Shown: in pieces, positions 32,785 through 42,668 of the stretch
How positions within the stretch are numbered: position 1 is the stretch's first letter
Layout: each line of letters starts with the position of its first letter
Assembly (NCBI GenBank): GCA_030650425.1
Contig: JAUSED010000008.1
Span: forward strand, 196,554-260,553
Reading direction: 5' to 3'
DNA from: Candidatus Omnitrophota bacterium
GTDB taxonomy: Bacteria; Omnitrophota; Gorgyraeia; Gygaellales; Profunditerraquicolaceae
DNA: 64,000 nt
Position numbers and translations under genes: made by a program
Notes under the pieces: model-generated
Told to the model about the DNA's origin: nothing
What the model saw: only the letters and a program-made list of their open reading frames with translations
The model's database searches: none

Positions 32785-34235
32785 TAAAAGACTTTAGGGT
32801 TAGATTAAAAGATTTTATCGTAGTTAATTTGGAGAAGAAAATTTACCCGGAAGAGATCGAGGAATTCTATACAAAGGCCGGGCCTGTAAAAGAGATGTGT
32901 GTCTTCACAGTTTCCGGGATGGCCGGCGCAAAGGGATCGAAAGTTCTTTGGGCCGTTATTCAGCCGGATCTTGACGAATTCAGAAAATTCGCCTCAGTGA
33001 ACCTGCATTTAGCCGTTAAAGAGAGGTTTGATAATGCCTCGCCGTCGCTTCCTATTCATAAAAGGCTTAAAGGTTTTACTGTTACACTTGATGATCTACC
33101 GCATAACCTGTTCGGTAAGTTAGATAGATACGCGGTCAAAAAAATATATGAACCCAGGGTGAGGGCAGGGATAGAAGGCGCTCTCCCGGTGTCAGGAAAG
33201 CTTTCGGTTGATGACCGCTTGTTGATAGAAGGCGCAACCGGCATAAATATTTTGAAATGTTTAAAGGAGATATCCGGAATTAAAAGGCCGATAATACTTG
33301 AAGATTCTTTAGAGCTGGATTTGGGGATAGATTCATTAGGCAGGATAGAATTGGCTTCGTGCCTTGAGTTAGCTTTTAAGGTAAATATAAAAGACGAAGC
33401 GATCTCGCAGGCCTTTAGCGTAAAGGATCTTATTTTGGGAATAACGGATGCGCTCAAAGGCGCTAAAGAAATTACTTCGGAGATTCAAGCGGTGCCTTTA
33501 GAGCCGGGCTACTGGAAAAAACATTTACAAGTTTTGCCGAAAGAAGAACATTTGGGGGCGCTTGAATTCGGCACCGGTTTCTTTGGCTGGCTGCTTCGGT
33601 TTAGTGTCGCGGCGTTAGATTATTTTATTTTTAAATTGTTTTTCAGGATTAAGGTTGAAGGGGCCCAGAACGTGCCAAAAGACGGGGCCTATATTTTATA
33701 TCCAAACCACTCCAGCGATCTTGATGGGCCGGCTATTACCGCTTGCCTACCGCGCAGGCCGGTGTTTCAGCTTTTTTACTTCTTATTCATACCGTATTTT
33801 TTTAGGCCGTATGTCAAATCTCTCGCGTTAAGGAACATCATTAAAATGGTAAGGTTTATTCCTTTTGATTATTCAACACATTTTCTAGAGGCGCTGCGCA
33901 GCGCTTATTTAGTATTACAGCGGGGTAAGGGTTTGTGTTTTTTTCCGGAAGGGTTGCGCAGCACTACTGGAGAAATCGGAAAATTCAAGAGAGGGTTTGG
34001 TATTCTGGCTAAAGAGGCAGGAGCAAAGCTTGTGCCTGTGGCTATAGAAGGGGCTTATGAGGCCTGGCCCAGCACGGCAAAGTATCCCAATCTCCATCCG
34101 ATTATGGTCAGATTCGGTAAGCCGTTGCTTCCGGAAGATTTAGAAAAAGAAGGGTTGGCCATGGGCGCCAAGGATTCTTACGAAGCAATATGCGTGGCAG
34201 CGAGAAAAGCGCTTATAGAACTAAAGGATAAATAA
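32781..34235 (+). CDS. Carrier domain - PlsC acyltransferase; paralog of the C-terminal half of 9568-12297 lacking the adenylation core
   Basis: KIYPEEIE, DLGIDSLG, NHSSDLD, FPEGLR. Confidence 0.82.
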   Translation: MIKDFRVRLKDFIVVNLEKKIYPEEIEEFYTKAGPVKEMCVFTVSGMAGAKGSKVLWAVIQPDLDEFRKFASVNLHLAVKERFDNASPSLPIHKRLKGFTVTLDDLPHNLFGKLDRYAVKKIYEPRVRAGIEGALPVSGKLSVDDRLLIEGATGINILKCLKEISGIKRPIILEDSLELDLGIDSLGRIELASCLELAFKVNIKDEAISQAFSVKDLILGITDALKGAKEITSEIQAVPLEPGYWKKHLQVLPKEEHLGALEFGTGFFGWLLRFSVAALDYFIFKLFFRIKVEGAQNVPKDGAYILYPNHSSDLDGPAITACLPRRPVFQLFYFLFIPYFFRPYVKSLALRNIIKMVRFIPFDYSTHFLEALRSAYLVLQRGKGLCFFPEGLRSTTGEIGKFKRGFGILAKEAGAKLVPVAIEGAYEAWPSTAKYPNLHPIMVRFGKPLLPEDLEKEGLAMGAKDSYEAICVAARKALIELKDK

Positions 34236-35596
34236 TGAATATTCTTATGATGACAAATACCTATTTTCCGATGGTAGGGGGGCTAGAGCAATCGGTTTAT
34301 TCTTTTAGCGAGGCATTTAGAAGTTTAGGTCATGAGGTTTTGATTGTTACTCCGGCCTTTGGGGGCGCCCCACTTGAGGAGCCGGGCGTTATTCGAATAC
34401 CGGCTTTTCAAAAATTTGGCGGCACTGTTTTTTCCGTTAACTTTCCGATTTCCAGGCTTCTAAAGCAGTACATGAAAGAATTCGTTCCGGATATGGTGCA
34501 CAGCCACGGCCCGTTTTTCATGGGAGATTTCGCGTTACGCCTTAGCCGTCAGCACGCCATACCGCTTGTATTTACTTATCACTGTATGTTTGAGCAGTAC
34601 GTGCATGATTGGCCGGTTCAAAATGAGGGAGTGAAAAGGTTTATGGTCAAGCTTGCTGCGGGATATTCAAATTTAGTAGACCAGGTAATCGTGCCTAGCG
34701 AAAGCGTGCAGGATATCTTACTTAAAAGAGGTGTCAAGACTTCCATGGAGGTTATCCCGACAGGGATAGATGCCCAACGTTTTTCAAAAGGCGACGGAAT
34801 TGCTTTTCGAAAGCTTAACCAGATTCCTCTCGACGCCTTAGTGGTTGGCCATGCCGGCCGGCTGTCTCCGGAAAAGAATTTGGGATTCTTGACAAATTGT
34901 CTGGTTGAATTATTAAAAAAAGATCCAAGGGTTCATGCCCTGATCGTGGGCCTTGGCCCATCGCAAAATTTGATTAAGGATGCCTTTAGAACAGCCGGCC
35001 TTGAAAAAAGATTGCATTTAACCGGGGTTTTACGTTATCAGGATTTAGTTGATGCTTATTTTGCCATGGATGTTTTCGTATTTGCTTCCTTAAGCGAAAC
35101 GCAAGGAATTGTTCTCATTGAAGCCATGGCAGCAGGGGTTCCGGTTGTGGCATTGGATGCCCCGGGAGCGCGGGAGGTTGTAAAAGATTATCATAACGGC
35201 CGCCTGCTGGGCCAAATGGATACTCAAAGTTTCGTTGATGCTCTTACCTGGGCTTTATCTCGAACTCCTGAAGAGTTGCAAACCATAAAGCAGATCGTAA
35301 GAATGTCGGTACAGAAATATCCGATTAAGTCCGCTGCCACACATATGTTAGATATTTATGACAAAATTAGATCAAGAAGATCTGTTTCTCTGGGCAAGAA
35401 GAATAGTTCGCGCTATCTCATTCTGTGGCGCATGAAAGCGGAGTGGGATATTTGTAGCAATTATATTAAATCTGTAGTTCAATCAGTGTTTGAAGGAGGC
35501 TTTCAGAAAACAGAACCCGTAAAAATTAAAGATACAACGGTAAAAAGTGGAGTTTCCCAATCTTTGAAGGAGGGAAGTCATGAAAGAAAAAAATAG
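34235..35596 (+). CDS. GT4 glycosyltransferase (diacylglycerol glucosyltransferase-like)
   Basis: TNTYFPMVGG, VFTYH, VIPTGID, GRLSPEKN, SETQGIVLIEAMAAG. Confidence 0.9.
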   Translation: MNILMMTNTYFPMVGGLEQSVYSFSEAFRSLGHEVLIVTPAFGGAPLEEPGVIRIPAFQKFGGTVFSVNFPISRLLKQYMKEFVPDMVHSHGPFFMGDFALRLSRQHAIPLVFTYHCMFEQYVHDWPVQNEGVKRFMVKLAAGYSNLVDQVIVPSESVQDILLKRGVKTSMEVIPTGIDAQRFSKGDGIAFRKLNQIPLDALVVGHAGRLSPEKNLGFLTNCLVELLKKDPRVHALIVGLGPSQNLIKDAFRTAGLEKRLHLTGVLRYQDLVDAYFAMDVFVFASLSETQGIVLIEAMAAGVPVVALDAPGAREVVKDYHNGRLLGQMDTQSFVDALTWALSRTPEELQTIKQIVRMSVQKYPIKSAATHMLDIYDKIRSRRSVSLGKKNSSRYLILWRMKAEWDICSNYIKSVVQSVFEGGFQKTEPVKIKDTTVKSGVSQSLKEGSHERKK

Positions 35597-37274
35597 AGAG
35601 AAAGAGTTACTTAAAAATAAGGTAGCAACTTGTGCCACCACAGAAGGAATTATCGTTAAGCAGCTTCACCATGAAATCGAACACCGCAAGAAAACTGAGC
35701 AGGTTACTCAGGATGCCCGTAACTATGCCGAGAGTATTATCGATACTGTGCGTGAACCTTTGCTTGTTTTGGATGCAGATTTAATGGTAATTTCAGCCAG
35801 TCGTTCCTTCTATCAAGTCTTTAAGGTAAAACCCGAGGATACCGAGAAGCAGTATATCTATGATTTAGGTAATCGTCAATGGGATATACCGAAACTACGA
35901 GAATTGTTGGAGAAAATTTTACCTAAGGTTACAAGTTTTGATAATTTTGAAGTGGAACATAATTTTCTTGATATCGGCAAGCGAATAATGCTTTTGAATG
36001 CGCGTAAAATCTTTCGAGAGACTAACCACACGCATTCTATTCTTTTAGCTATCGAGGACATCACCGAGCGTAAGGGGATAGAAAAAGGCTTGGAAAACAC
36101 ACGTAAAGAACTGGAGGTTATTAAAAAAACTGCAGATGAAGTTAGTGAATTTGCTGAGAGTGTCATCAACACTGTGCGTGAACCCTTGATTTCTTTGGAT
36201 CAAGATCTCAGAGTGGTTTCTGTCAGCCGCTCCTTCTATGAATTCTTTAAGGTAAATCCTGAAGAGACCATTGGGCAGCTTATTTATGACTTGGGTAATA
36301 AGCAGTGGGATATTCCCAAGCTACGGGAATTACTGGAAACCATCCTTCCCCAAAAGGCAACCTTTGATAACTATGAGGTTGAACACGATTTTTCGACCAT
36401 TGGCAGGCGCATAATGCTTTTGAATGCCCGGCAAATTGAACGAGTGCTGGGTAAAGAGCGGATTATTCTTCTGGCTATCGAGGACATCACCGAGCGCAGG
36501 GAGATAGAAAAAGGCCTGGAAAAGACTCATGAAGAATTACAGAAGTTAGCCGCCGAGTTAAAACGTACCGCCCGGGCAAAATCCGAGTTTCTGGCCAACA
36601 TGTCGCATGAGCTTAGGACTCCACTTAACTCCATTAACGGTTTTTCTGAGATATTATCCGACGAAACTTTCGGCCCGCTTAACGAGAAGCAGAAAAAATA
36701 CGTTAATAATATTTTAGCCAGCGGAAAGCACCTTCTCTTACTGATAAATCAGATACTTGATATGGCAAAAGTTGAGTCCGGAAAGATGAAGCTGGTATTA
36801 TCCAGCTTACCCATGAAAAGCCTGTTAAATGAGATTTCACTGCTGGTAGCGGATATGGTCAGCAAAAAGAAGATCGATATGTCGCTGGAAATAGCCGAGG
36901 ATCTGCCGAATATTGAGGCAGATGACCTCAAGGTAAAAGAGATAATTTACAATCTGCTTTCAAACGCAGTTAAGTTTACTCCCGAGGGTGGTAAGATCGG
37001 CATGCGGGCGAAGAAAGCCGGTTCCGAGATAGCAGTAGAGGTCTGGGATACGGGGGCCGGTATCGCGTCTGAAAACATGGCGAAAATATTTGAAGGGTTT
37101 TTCCGGGTTGATACTCCCTATTCTCGGTTAACTGAAGGGACGGGTCTAGGTTTACCGCTCTCTAAAAAGCTGGTTGAGTTACATGGCGGAAAATTTTCTG
37201 TAGAATCAGGGGGGCTAAATAAAGGGACCGGAGTCAAGTTTACTCTGCCCATTGTATCCAAGAAGGAGGTTTGA
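35580..37274 (+). CDS. PAS-PAS sensor histidine kinase
   Basis: Two homologous PAS units at a 426-nt period; FLANMSHELRTPL, NLLSNAVKF, GTGLGL. Confidence 0.92.
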   Translation: MKEKNREKELLKNKVATCATTEGIIVKQLHHEIEHRKKTEQVTQDARNYAESIIDTVREPLLVLDADLMVISASRSFYQVFKVKPEDTEKQYIYDLGNRQWDIPKLRELLEKILPKVTSFDNFEVEHNFLDIGKRIMLLNARKIFRETNHTHSILLAIEDITERKGIEKGLENTRKELEVIKKTADEVSEFAESVINTVREPLISLDQDLRVVSVSRSFYEFFKVNPEETIGQLIYDLGNKQWDIPKLRELLETILPQKATFDNYEVEHDFSTIGRRIMLLNARQIERVLGKERIILLAIEDITERREIEKGLEKTHEELQKLAAELKRTARAKSEFLANMSHELRTPLNSINGFSEILSDETFGPLNEKQKKYVNNILASGKHLLLLINQILDMAKVESGKMKLVLSSLPMKSLLNEISLLVADMVSKKKIDMSLEIAEDLPNIEADDLKVKEIIYNLLSNAVKFTPEGGKIGMRAKKAGSEIAVEVWDTGAGIASENMAKIFEGFFRVDTPYSRLTEGTGLGLPLSKKLVELHGGKFSVESGGLNKGTGVKFTLPIVSKKEV

Positions 37275-37275
37275 G

Positions 37276-37641
37276 ATGAAAAAGAAAGCATTAGTTGTCG
37301 ATGATGATGTAAAAAATCTTATGCTCGAAAAAGATCTTTTGGAGGTCGCTGGCTTTGAAGTATTTGAAGCTGAAAATGCTGCCGGTGGGATTGCCATCAC
37401 CAGGAAAGAAAAGCCGGATATCATCATTATGGATGTGCGGCTTCCAGATATGCGCGGTAGCGCAGCCGCCAAGATATTGCGCCAAGACAAAGAGACAAGC
37501 GATATCCCAATAATTTTTGTGACTGCTTCAGTTATGGCAGGGGAAAGAGAAGAGATAAACGACATAACTAACAGCGGATTCATAGGCAAGCCGATAAATA
37601 CGCGCACCTTTGCGAAAGAAATTAGCCAGTTTGTTAAGTGA
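37276..37641 (+). CDS. Single-domain response regulator (DivK-like)
   Basis: VVDDD..N, MDVRLP, IFVTAS, FIGKPI; SD AAGGAGG. Confidence 0.9.
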   Translation: MKKKALVVDDDVKNLMLEKDLLEVAGFEVFEAENAAGGIAITRKEKPDIIIMDVRLPDMRGSAAAKILRQDKETSDIPIIFVTASVMAGEREEINDITNSGFIGKPINTRTFAKEISQFVK

Positions 37642-37684
37642 TTTTTCTAATATCTTGAAAAGTCAAACTCAAAAGAGGTAGAGG

Positions 37685-38671
37685 ATGAAAGACAAATCAG
37701 TCATTTTAGTTGTTGATGACCAGTTCCAAAACATCGAACTTCTCGAGGCATATCTTGTTCCGCAGGGTTATGAAATAGTTAAGGCCTCAAGCGGTGAAGA
37801 AGCGCTGGAAAAAATAGTCAATAATCAAATCGATCTGGTTCTACTGGACGTAATGATGCTCAAGATGTCCGGCATAGACGTGTTGAAGAAATTGCGTGCC
37901 GATGAAAAAACTAAGGCGATCCCTGTGGTGATGGTAACCGTACTTAAGGAGACTGAAGACAAGGTAAAAGCCCTTGAGGCAGGTTGCGATGATTTTATTT
38001 CCAAGCCTGTTGATAAGGTTGAGTTATTAGCAAGGGTTAAGTCTATACTCAAGATAAGTCATTACCGTCGACAGTTAGAAGAAAAGGATAAATTTAAGGC
38101 AGTGGTTGATAAAGTAAGCGATGGCATTGCCATCTGTAGACCGGATTATTTAATTAAAGATTGCAATGCGGCGGTTTTAAAATACTTAAATATTAGTGAT
38201 ACTAAGGATATTAATTTAGTTGAAACGTTATTTAAGAATTATTCTGTTTCTATAAAAAAAGAAGCTCTTGTGGATTTAACGATTACGCATAAAACATTTG
38301 ATATAGTACGCCAAAAATCAGAAACGTCAGAGGCATTATATTTAGAGGTAAATTTGAATATGATAAAGAATTCAGCCGGAGAGCTATTAAGCATAGTTTT
38401 TATTTTACGTGATGTTACCGCAGCACGCGTGGAAGAATTTCAAAAACAGGATACCCTAACTCTTATTTCGCATAAACTGCGTACACCGTTGGGGGCGATT
38501 AGTGGAAACATATCGTTACTTCAGAATGGATCGTATGGAGCTCTAAATGAGGAGCAAAAGAAAGCAATTGGTAGCATATCTAAACAATCTTCTTCGCTTA
38601 TTTCAATGGTAGAGGAACTGCTTGGGTTCTCAATAGTATGTAGCCACTCTTTAGAGTATGAAGATAAATAA
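37685..38671 (+). CDS. REC-PAS-HisKA protein lacking the HATPase domain (possibly a truncated hybrid kinase)
   Basis: REC motifs, RDVT, ISHKLRTPL; ends right after the dimerisation helices. Confidence 0.75.
   Translation: MKDKSVILVVDDQFQNIELLEAYLVPQGYEIVKASSGEEALEKIVNNQIDLVLLDVMMLKMSGIDVLKKLRADEKTKAIPVVMVTVLKETEDKVKALEAGCDDFISKPVDKVELLARVKSILKISHYRRQLEEKDKFKAVVDKVSDGIAICRPDYLIKDCNAAVLKYLNISDTKDINLVETLFKNYSVSIKKEALVDLTITHKTFDIVRQKSETSEALYLEVNLNMIKNSAGELLSIVFILRDVTAARVEEFQKQDTLTLISHKLRTPLGAISGNISLLQNGSYGALNEEQKKAIGSISKQSSSLISMVEELLGFSIVCSHSLEYEDK
38561..38651 (+). repeat. 91-bp direct repeat, copy 1
   Basis: Matches 40021-40111 with 6 mismatches by eye. Confidence 0.9.
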
Positions 38672-39377
38672 AATATTTATTGGATTAGCAATAGTTTTAA
38701 CTGTTTTTGTCAGTAATGATTTATTGAAAGCAGAAACTGTCAATTATGATTTTACCGGTGAAAGTATTCAGTACGGCGTGCAGCCTGTCGGAAAATCAGA
38801 ATATAAAAATCTTGGATCGGTGGATTTAAAAGGAGCGAAGGCAGGCTTGGTAACAATTAAGAGCAAAATTTTATTTGTCGAGGTCGCGGAAAGGGTTTTT
38901 TACGATCCGGAAACTTCGTTGCCATATAAAACAGAGCGTATCAATTCAGGCCTTTGGATTAAAGAATACAGAACAGAAGAATACGATCAGAATAAATTTA
39001 CAGTTGTAATAAAAAAGTTTAAAAGGGGAAAGTTAATAAAGGTAATGGAGAAGACGATCAAAACGGACGGCCCGATTCAAAATATGAACACACTTCTTCT
39101 GTATCTGCGTAAGCAACCCGACCTTAAAATAGGCTGGCATCTTGCTACGAAGGTCCCTAATGAGCTTGAACTCACGGAATTTGATTTAAAATTAATTTCA
39201 ATAGATGAAATAATCGTTCCTGGCGGTAAATTCCAGGCTTACCATTTTAAAAGTGTTCCCGATACGTTTGAAATCTGGATTGATAAAAGCGGCCCGCGAA
39301 TCCCGCTTAAAATAAGAATTAAAGGCATTGTTAGTTGCACTATTCTTATGAAAGGATACAGTCTCCACAATAATTGA
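38658..39377 (+). CDS. Secreted DUF3108-like beta-rich protein
   Basis: Signal peptide; GE...Y, I.VPGGKFQAYH, EIWI...RIPLKI. Confidence 0.65.
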   Translation: MKINKIFIGLAIVLTVFVSNDLLKAETVNYDFTGESIQYGVQPVGKSEYKNLGSVDLKGAKAGLVTIKSKILFVEVAERVFYDPETSLPYKTERINSGLWIKEYRTEEYDQNKFTVVIKKFKRGKLIKVMEKTIKTDGPIQNMNTLLLYLRKQPDLKIGWHLATKVPNELELTEFDLKLISIDEIIVPGGKFQAYHFKSVPDTFEIWIDKSGPRIPLKIRIKGIVSCTILMKGYSLHNN

Positions 39378-39392
39378 TAGAAGGAGGTAAAG

Positions 39393-39758
39393 ATGATGAT
39401 TAAATGTACGCGAGGATTTGGGTTCTTGGTTTTGGTATGTATCGTTATTTCATTGAGCGGCTGCGCTTCATGCGGAACGCCATATCGCAGAGAACTGACT
39501 AATAATTCAGACTTAAGAGAGGCGAATGAGAGCTATAAAAAAGCCATAGATTGGTTGGATAAGGCAGAATGTTCTTCGATACCCGCCGAAGCAGAAAAAG
39601 ATTCTATTACTGGAGAGTCTTATCTTTCAGACGCTATTTTCAAGTTAAAAGAGGTGGGAAGCAATAAACACATTGATGTATCCGAAGATGTCTATTATTG
39701 CGAAAAGATAAAAAGAGAAACAGACGTTAAGATAGGCCAGGCTGATAGAGCGAAGTAA
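39393..39758 (+). CDS. Hypothetical lipoprotein
   Basis: Lipobox LSG-C; SD AAGGAGG. Confidence 0.7.
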   Translation: MMIKCTRGFGFLVLVCIVISLSGCASCGTPYRRELTNNSDLREANESYKKAIDWLDKAECSSIPAEAEKDSITGESYLSDAIFKLKEVGSNKHIDVSEDVYYCEKIKRETDVKIGQADRAK

Positions 39759-39837
39759 TTACCTTAAAATCTTAAGGCAACCGGTGCAAAATATAACCGG
39801 TTTATAAATAGTATAAAACAAAAACTAGAGAATGAAA

Positions 39838-39963
39838 ATGGCAGTTGAGAAAGTAGGAGAAAAATACAGATGCAATGTCTGTGGTAACGAGGTTACGGTA
39901 ACTAAAGTAGGTGGCGGAGAACTTGTCTGTTGTAAACAACCAATGGAAAAATTAGAAGCATAG
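39838..39963 (+). CDS. Stand-alone desulforedoxin / desulfoferrodoxin FeS4-binding domain protein (41 aa), absent from the ORF track
   Basis: MAVEKVGEKYRCNVCGNEVTVTKVGGGELVCCKQPMEKLEA (CxxC...CC). Confidence 0.9.
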   Translation: MAVEKVGEKYRCNVCGNEVTVTKVGGGELVCCKQPMEKLEA

Positions 39964-39979
39964 AAGGGGAGGGCAATTT

Positions 39980-40020
39980 ATGAAAGGATTTAAAACGGAT
40001 ATCGAAAAAGACACTTTAAA
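39980..40020 (+). pseudogene. 5' fragment of a probable cupin-domain gene, interrupted by the repeat
   Basis: SD GGAGG plus MKGFKTDIEKDTL, then an abrupt switch into the duplicated 91-bp segment. Confidence 0.5.
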
Positions 40021-40111
40021 AAAGCAATTGATAGCGTTTCTAAACAATCTTCTTTGCTTATTTCAATAGTAGAGGAACTGCTTGGGTTTTCAATAGTATG
40101 TAGCCACTCTT
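40021..40111 (+). repeat. 91-bp direct repeat, copy 2
   Basis: Copy of the 3' end of the REC-PAS-HisKA gene (38561-38651). Confidence 0.9.
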
Positions 40112-40327
40112 CATGACAGATATAAGTATATAATCTTAAGATATACCAGAGAAATAGAGATTTCTAGAGAAACTGTATCTACAGGCTCTATGCCTTTGCG
40201 CAGAAAAGGGGTTGAGGATAAAAACCCCTAAAACTTCTTGCAATTCTTTTCCACTTGTGATAATTTATTACAGCCTACCGCAATAGTGAGCCATCAATAA
40301 ATCATTTTAATTAGAGGACAAGAAAAT

Positions 40328-40648
40328 ATGAGCTTACATCATTTTACCGACAGCAATTTCAAGAAAGAAGTATTGGAGTCCAAGGTTCCGGTGGTCGTTG
40401 ATTTCTGGGCTAATTGGTGCGGCCCCTGTAAGATGATTGCCCCGATTGTGGAAGAGTTAGCTAAGGAATATGACGGAAAGGTAAAAATAGGCAAAGTCGA
40501 TGTCGATACTAACCCTCAAAGCGCCTCAACCTACGGGATTATGTCTATACCGAGCCTGATATTCTTCAAGGATGGTAAGGTTATGGATCAGGTTACCGGC
40601 GCCTTAAACAGAGCGAGCCTTAAGCAAAAGATAGAAGAAAACATTTAA
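40328..40648 (+). CDS. trxA: Thioredoxin
   Basis: VDFWANWCGPC. Confidence 0.97.
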   Translation: MSLHHFTDSNFKKEVLESKVPVVVDFWANWCGPCKMIAPIVEELAKEYDGKVKIGKVDVDTNPQSASTYGIMSIPSLIFFKDGKVMDQVTGALNRASLKQKIEENI

Positions 40649-41736
40649 TGAAAAAGATATTCATCGCTGCAACCAAGCAGAATGATGGGAAGACCACTGT
40701 TTCGTTAGGGCTAATCCGTAATCTTCAGAATATCTTTAAAAAGGTTGGTTTTATCAAGCCTATAGGCCAGCGTTACCTTGAAGAAGAAGGCTTGAAAATC
40801 GACGAGGATTCTGTTTTAATTGAAGAAGTCTGCGGTATAAAATGCGGGCTGAAAGATATGAGCCCGATAGCCGTGGAAAAAGGTTTCACGGAAAAGTATA
40901 TCGTTAAGCCGGACAAAGAATCCATTACTAAGCAGATTAAAGATTCGTTTCGCAGGGTTTCCAGGGGGCAGAATTTAGTTATTGTTGAAGGCACGGGCCA
41001 TGCCGGAGTAGGTTCGGTCTTTGACCATTCCAATGCTGCTGTCGCGAAGCTGCTCGGGTCAAAGGCAATATTAATTTCATCAGGCGGAGTAGGCCGTCCG
41101 ATAGATGAAATCATTCTGAATAAAGCGCTCTTTGAGCGCGAAGGGGTTAAGCTTCTAGGCGTAATCATTAATAAGGTTCTTCCGGAGAAATTTGATAAAA
41201 TCAATAATTTAGTCAGAAAGGGATTAAAGAGGAAGGGCGTAGATGTCTTAGGGGTGGTTCCTTATAACCCTATGCTTAGCCGGCCGACCATAGAGCAGAT
41301 TTTGGAGGAGACTGACTTCGAGCTTTTATGCGGGAGGGAATATTTGGAATCTTCGGTTTCGCAGGTGATTGTCGGGGCGATGGAGCCGCATGACGCGGTA
41401 AAATATATCGTCGAAGACAGCCTGATGATTACTCCCGGTGACAGGGAGGATATGGTAATGACCGCTTTAAGTTGTTTTCGCGAGCATGATGAGAAAAGGC
41501 TCAAGGTAAGCGGAATTATCTTATCCGGAGGAATTACTCCGGAACAACCGATAATGAATTTATTGTATAAAGCCCAGGTACCTGTTTTGTTAGCTAAGTC
41601 CGATACCTATGACGTGGCTACTTCTATTCACGATTTGACGGTTAAGACACGGCCGCGCGATAAAGAAAAGATCGACGCGGTGGTTAAGTTAATTAAAGAT
41701 AACGTGGATGTAGATAGAATATTGAAAGGTATGTAA
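40648..41736 (+). CDS. BioD-like/DRTGG protein (stand-alone N-terminal domains of phosphotransacetylase)
   Basis: GKTTVSLGL, GFIKPIG, VEGTGH, ITPGDRED. Confidence 0.88.
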   Translation: MKKIFIAATKQNDGKTTVSLGLIRNLQNIFKKVGFIKPIGQRYLEEEGLKIDEDSVLIEEVCGIKCGLKDMSPIAVEKGFTEKYIVKPDKESITKQIKDSFRRVSRGQNLVIVEGTGHAGVGSVFDHSNAAVAKLLGSKAILISSGGVGRPIDEIILNKALFEREGVKLLGVIINKVLPEKFDKINNLVRKGLKRKGVDVLGVVPYNPMLSRPTIEQILEETDFELLCGREYLESSVSQVIVGAMEPHDAVKYIVEDSLMITPGDREDMVMTALSCFREHDEKRLKVSGIILSGGITPEQPIMNLLYKAQVPVLLAKSDTYDVATSIHDLTVKTRPRDKEKIDAVVKLIKDNVDVDRILKGM

Positions 41737-41738
41737 AA

Positions 41739-42668
41739 ATGGATGTGATTGCCAAGATTCGCTCGCAGGCAAAAAAAAAGATAAAATCAATCGTTCTGCC
41801 GGAATATGATGATAAACGCGTGGTAGAAGCAGCGCGGATTATCGAAGCGGAAGGCTTGGCTAAGGCCACGCTTTTCACTAAGGAGATGATTGATAAAAAG
41901 GAGAAAGAGCGCTACATTCAGGAATACCATGAGATATATAAATCTAAAGATATAGATATGGCCGCAGCGGCGGAACTCTTTGAGGATGTTCTTTATTATG
42001 CCGCGATGATGACTAAGGAAGGAAAGTTTGATGGTTTGGTGGCCGGGGCATCGCACACTACCCCGGATATGGTCAGGGCCTGTATGCGCTGCATTGGTAT
42101 AGATGAACGGATTACTATTATTTCGAGTTGTTTTATTATGGATGTCCCGAATTGTCCCTATGGCGAAAACGGAACACTTGTTTTTGCCGATTGCGGGGTT
42201 ATCCCGGAGCCTAATTCCCGGCAGTTATCCTGTATTGCCTTTTCAGCCGCGGAATTAGCTAAAAAAGTCTTAGATTTTAAGCCGCGCATTGCTTTTCTAA
42301 GCTATTCTACTAAGGGCTCGGCTAAAGCCAAATCCGCGGGAAAAATCGCCGAGGCCTTAAGTTTGCTTAAAGAATTGGCTCCGGATTTAGCCGCGGATGG
42401 AGAGATGCAAGTGGACGCGGCGATTGTCCCGGAAGTGGCCAAAATTAAATACCCGGACAGCCCGGTAGGCGGCAACGCCAATGTTTTAATCTTTCCTAAT
42501 TTAGAGGCTGGGAATATCGGTTATAAGCTTACTCAGCGTTTAGCCAACGCGCGCGCGGTAGGGCCGCTTCTTTTAGGTTTGAATAAACCGGCCAGCGACC
42601 TATCCCGCGGCTGCCTGGTAGAAGATATAGTTGATTGTGTGGCGGTAACAGCAATAAGGGCGCAATAA
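41739..42668 (+). CDS. pta: Phosphate acetyltransferase
   Basis: IVLPE, FADCG, FLSYSTKGS, DGEMQVDAA, FPNLEAGNIGYK, DLSRG. Confidence 0.95.
   Translation: MDVIAKIRSQAKKKIKSIVLPEYDDKRVVEAARIIEAEGLAKATLFTKEMIDKKEKERYIQEYHEIYKSKDIDMAAAAELFEDVLYYAAMMTKEGKFDGLVAGASHTTPDMVRACMRCIGIDERITIISSCFIMDVPNCPYGENGTLVFADCGVIPEPNSRQLSCIAFSAAELAKKVLDFKPRIAFLSYSTKGSAKAKSAGKIAEALSLLKELAPDLAADGEMQVDAAIVPEVAKIKYPDSPVGGNANVLIFPNLEAGNIGYKLTQRLANARAVGPLLLGLNKPASDLSRGCLVEDIVDCVAVTAIRAQ

Noticed and set aside
35727-36530. 426-bp-period internal duplication in the sensor kinase as a mobile or repeat element
   Set aside because: It is an in-frame tandem PAS domain duplication, common in sensor kinases.
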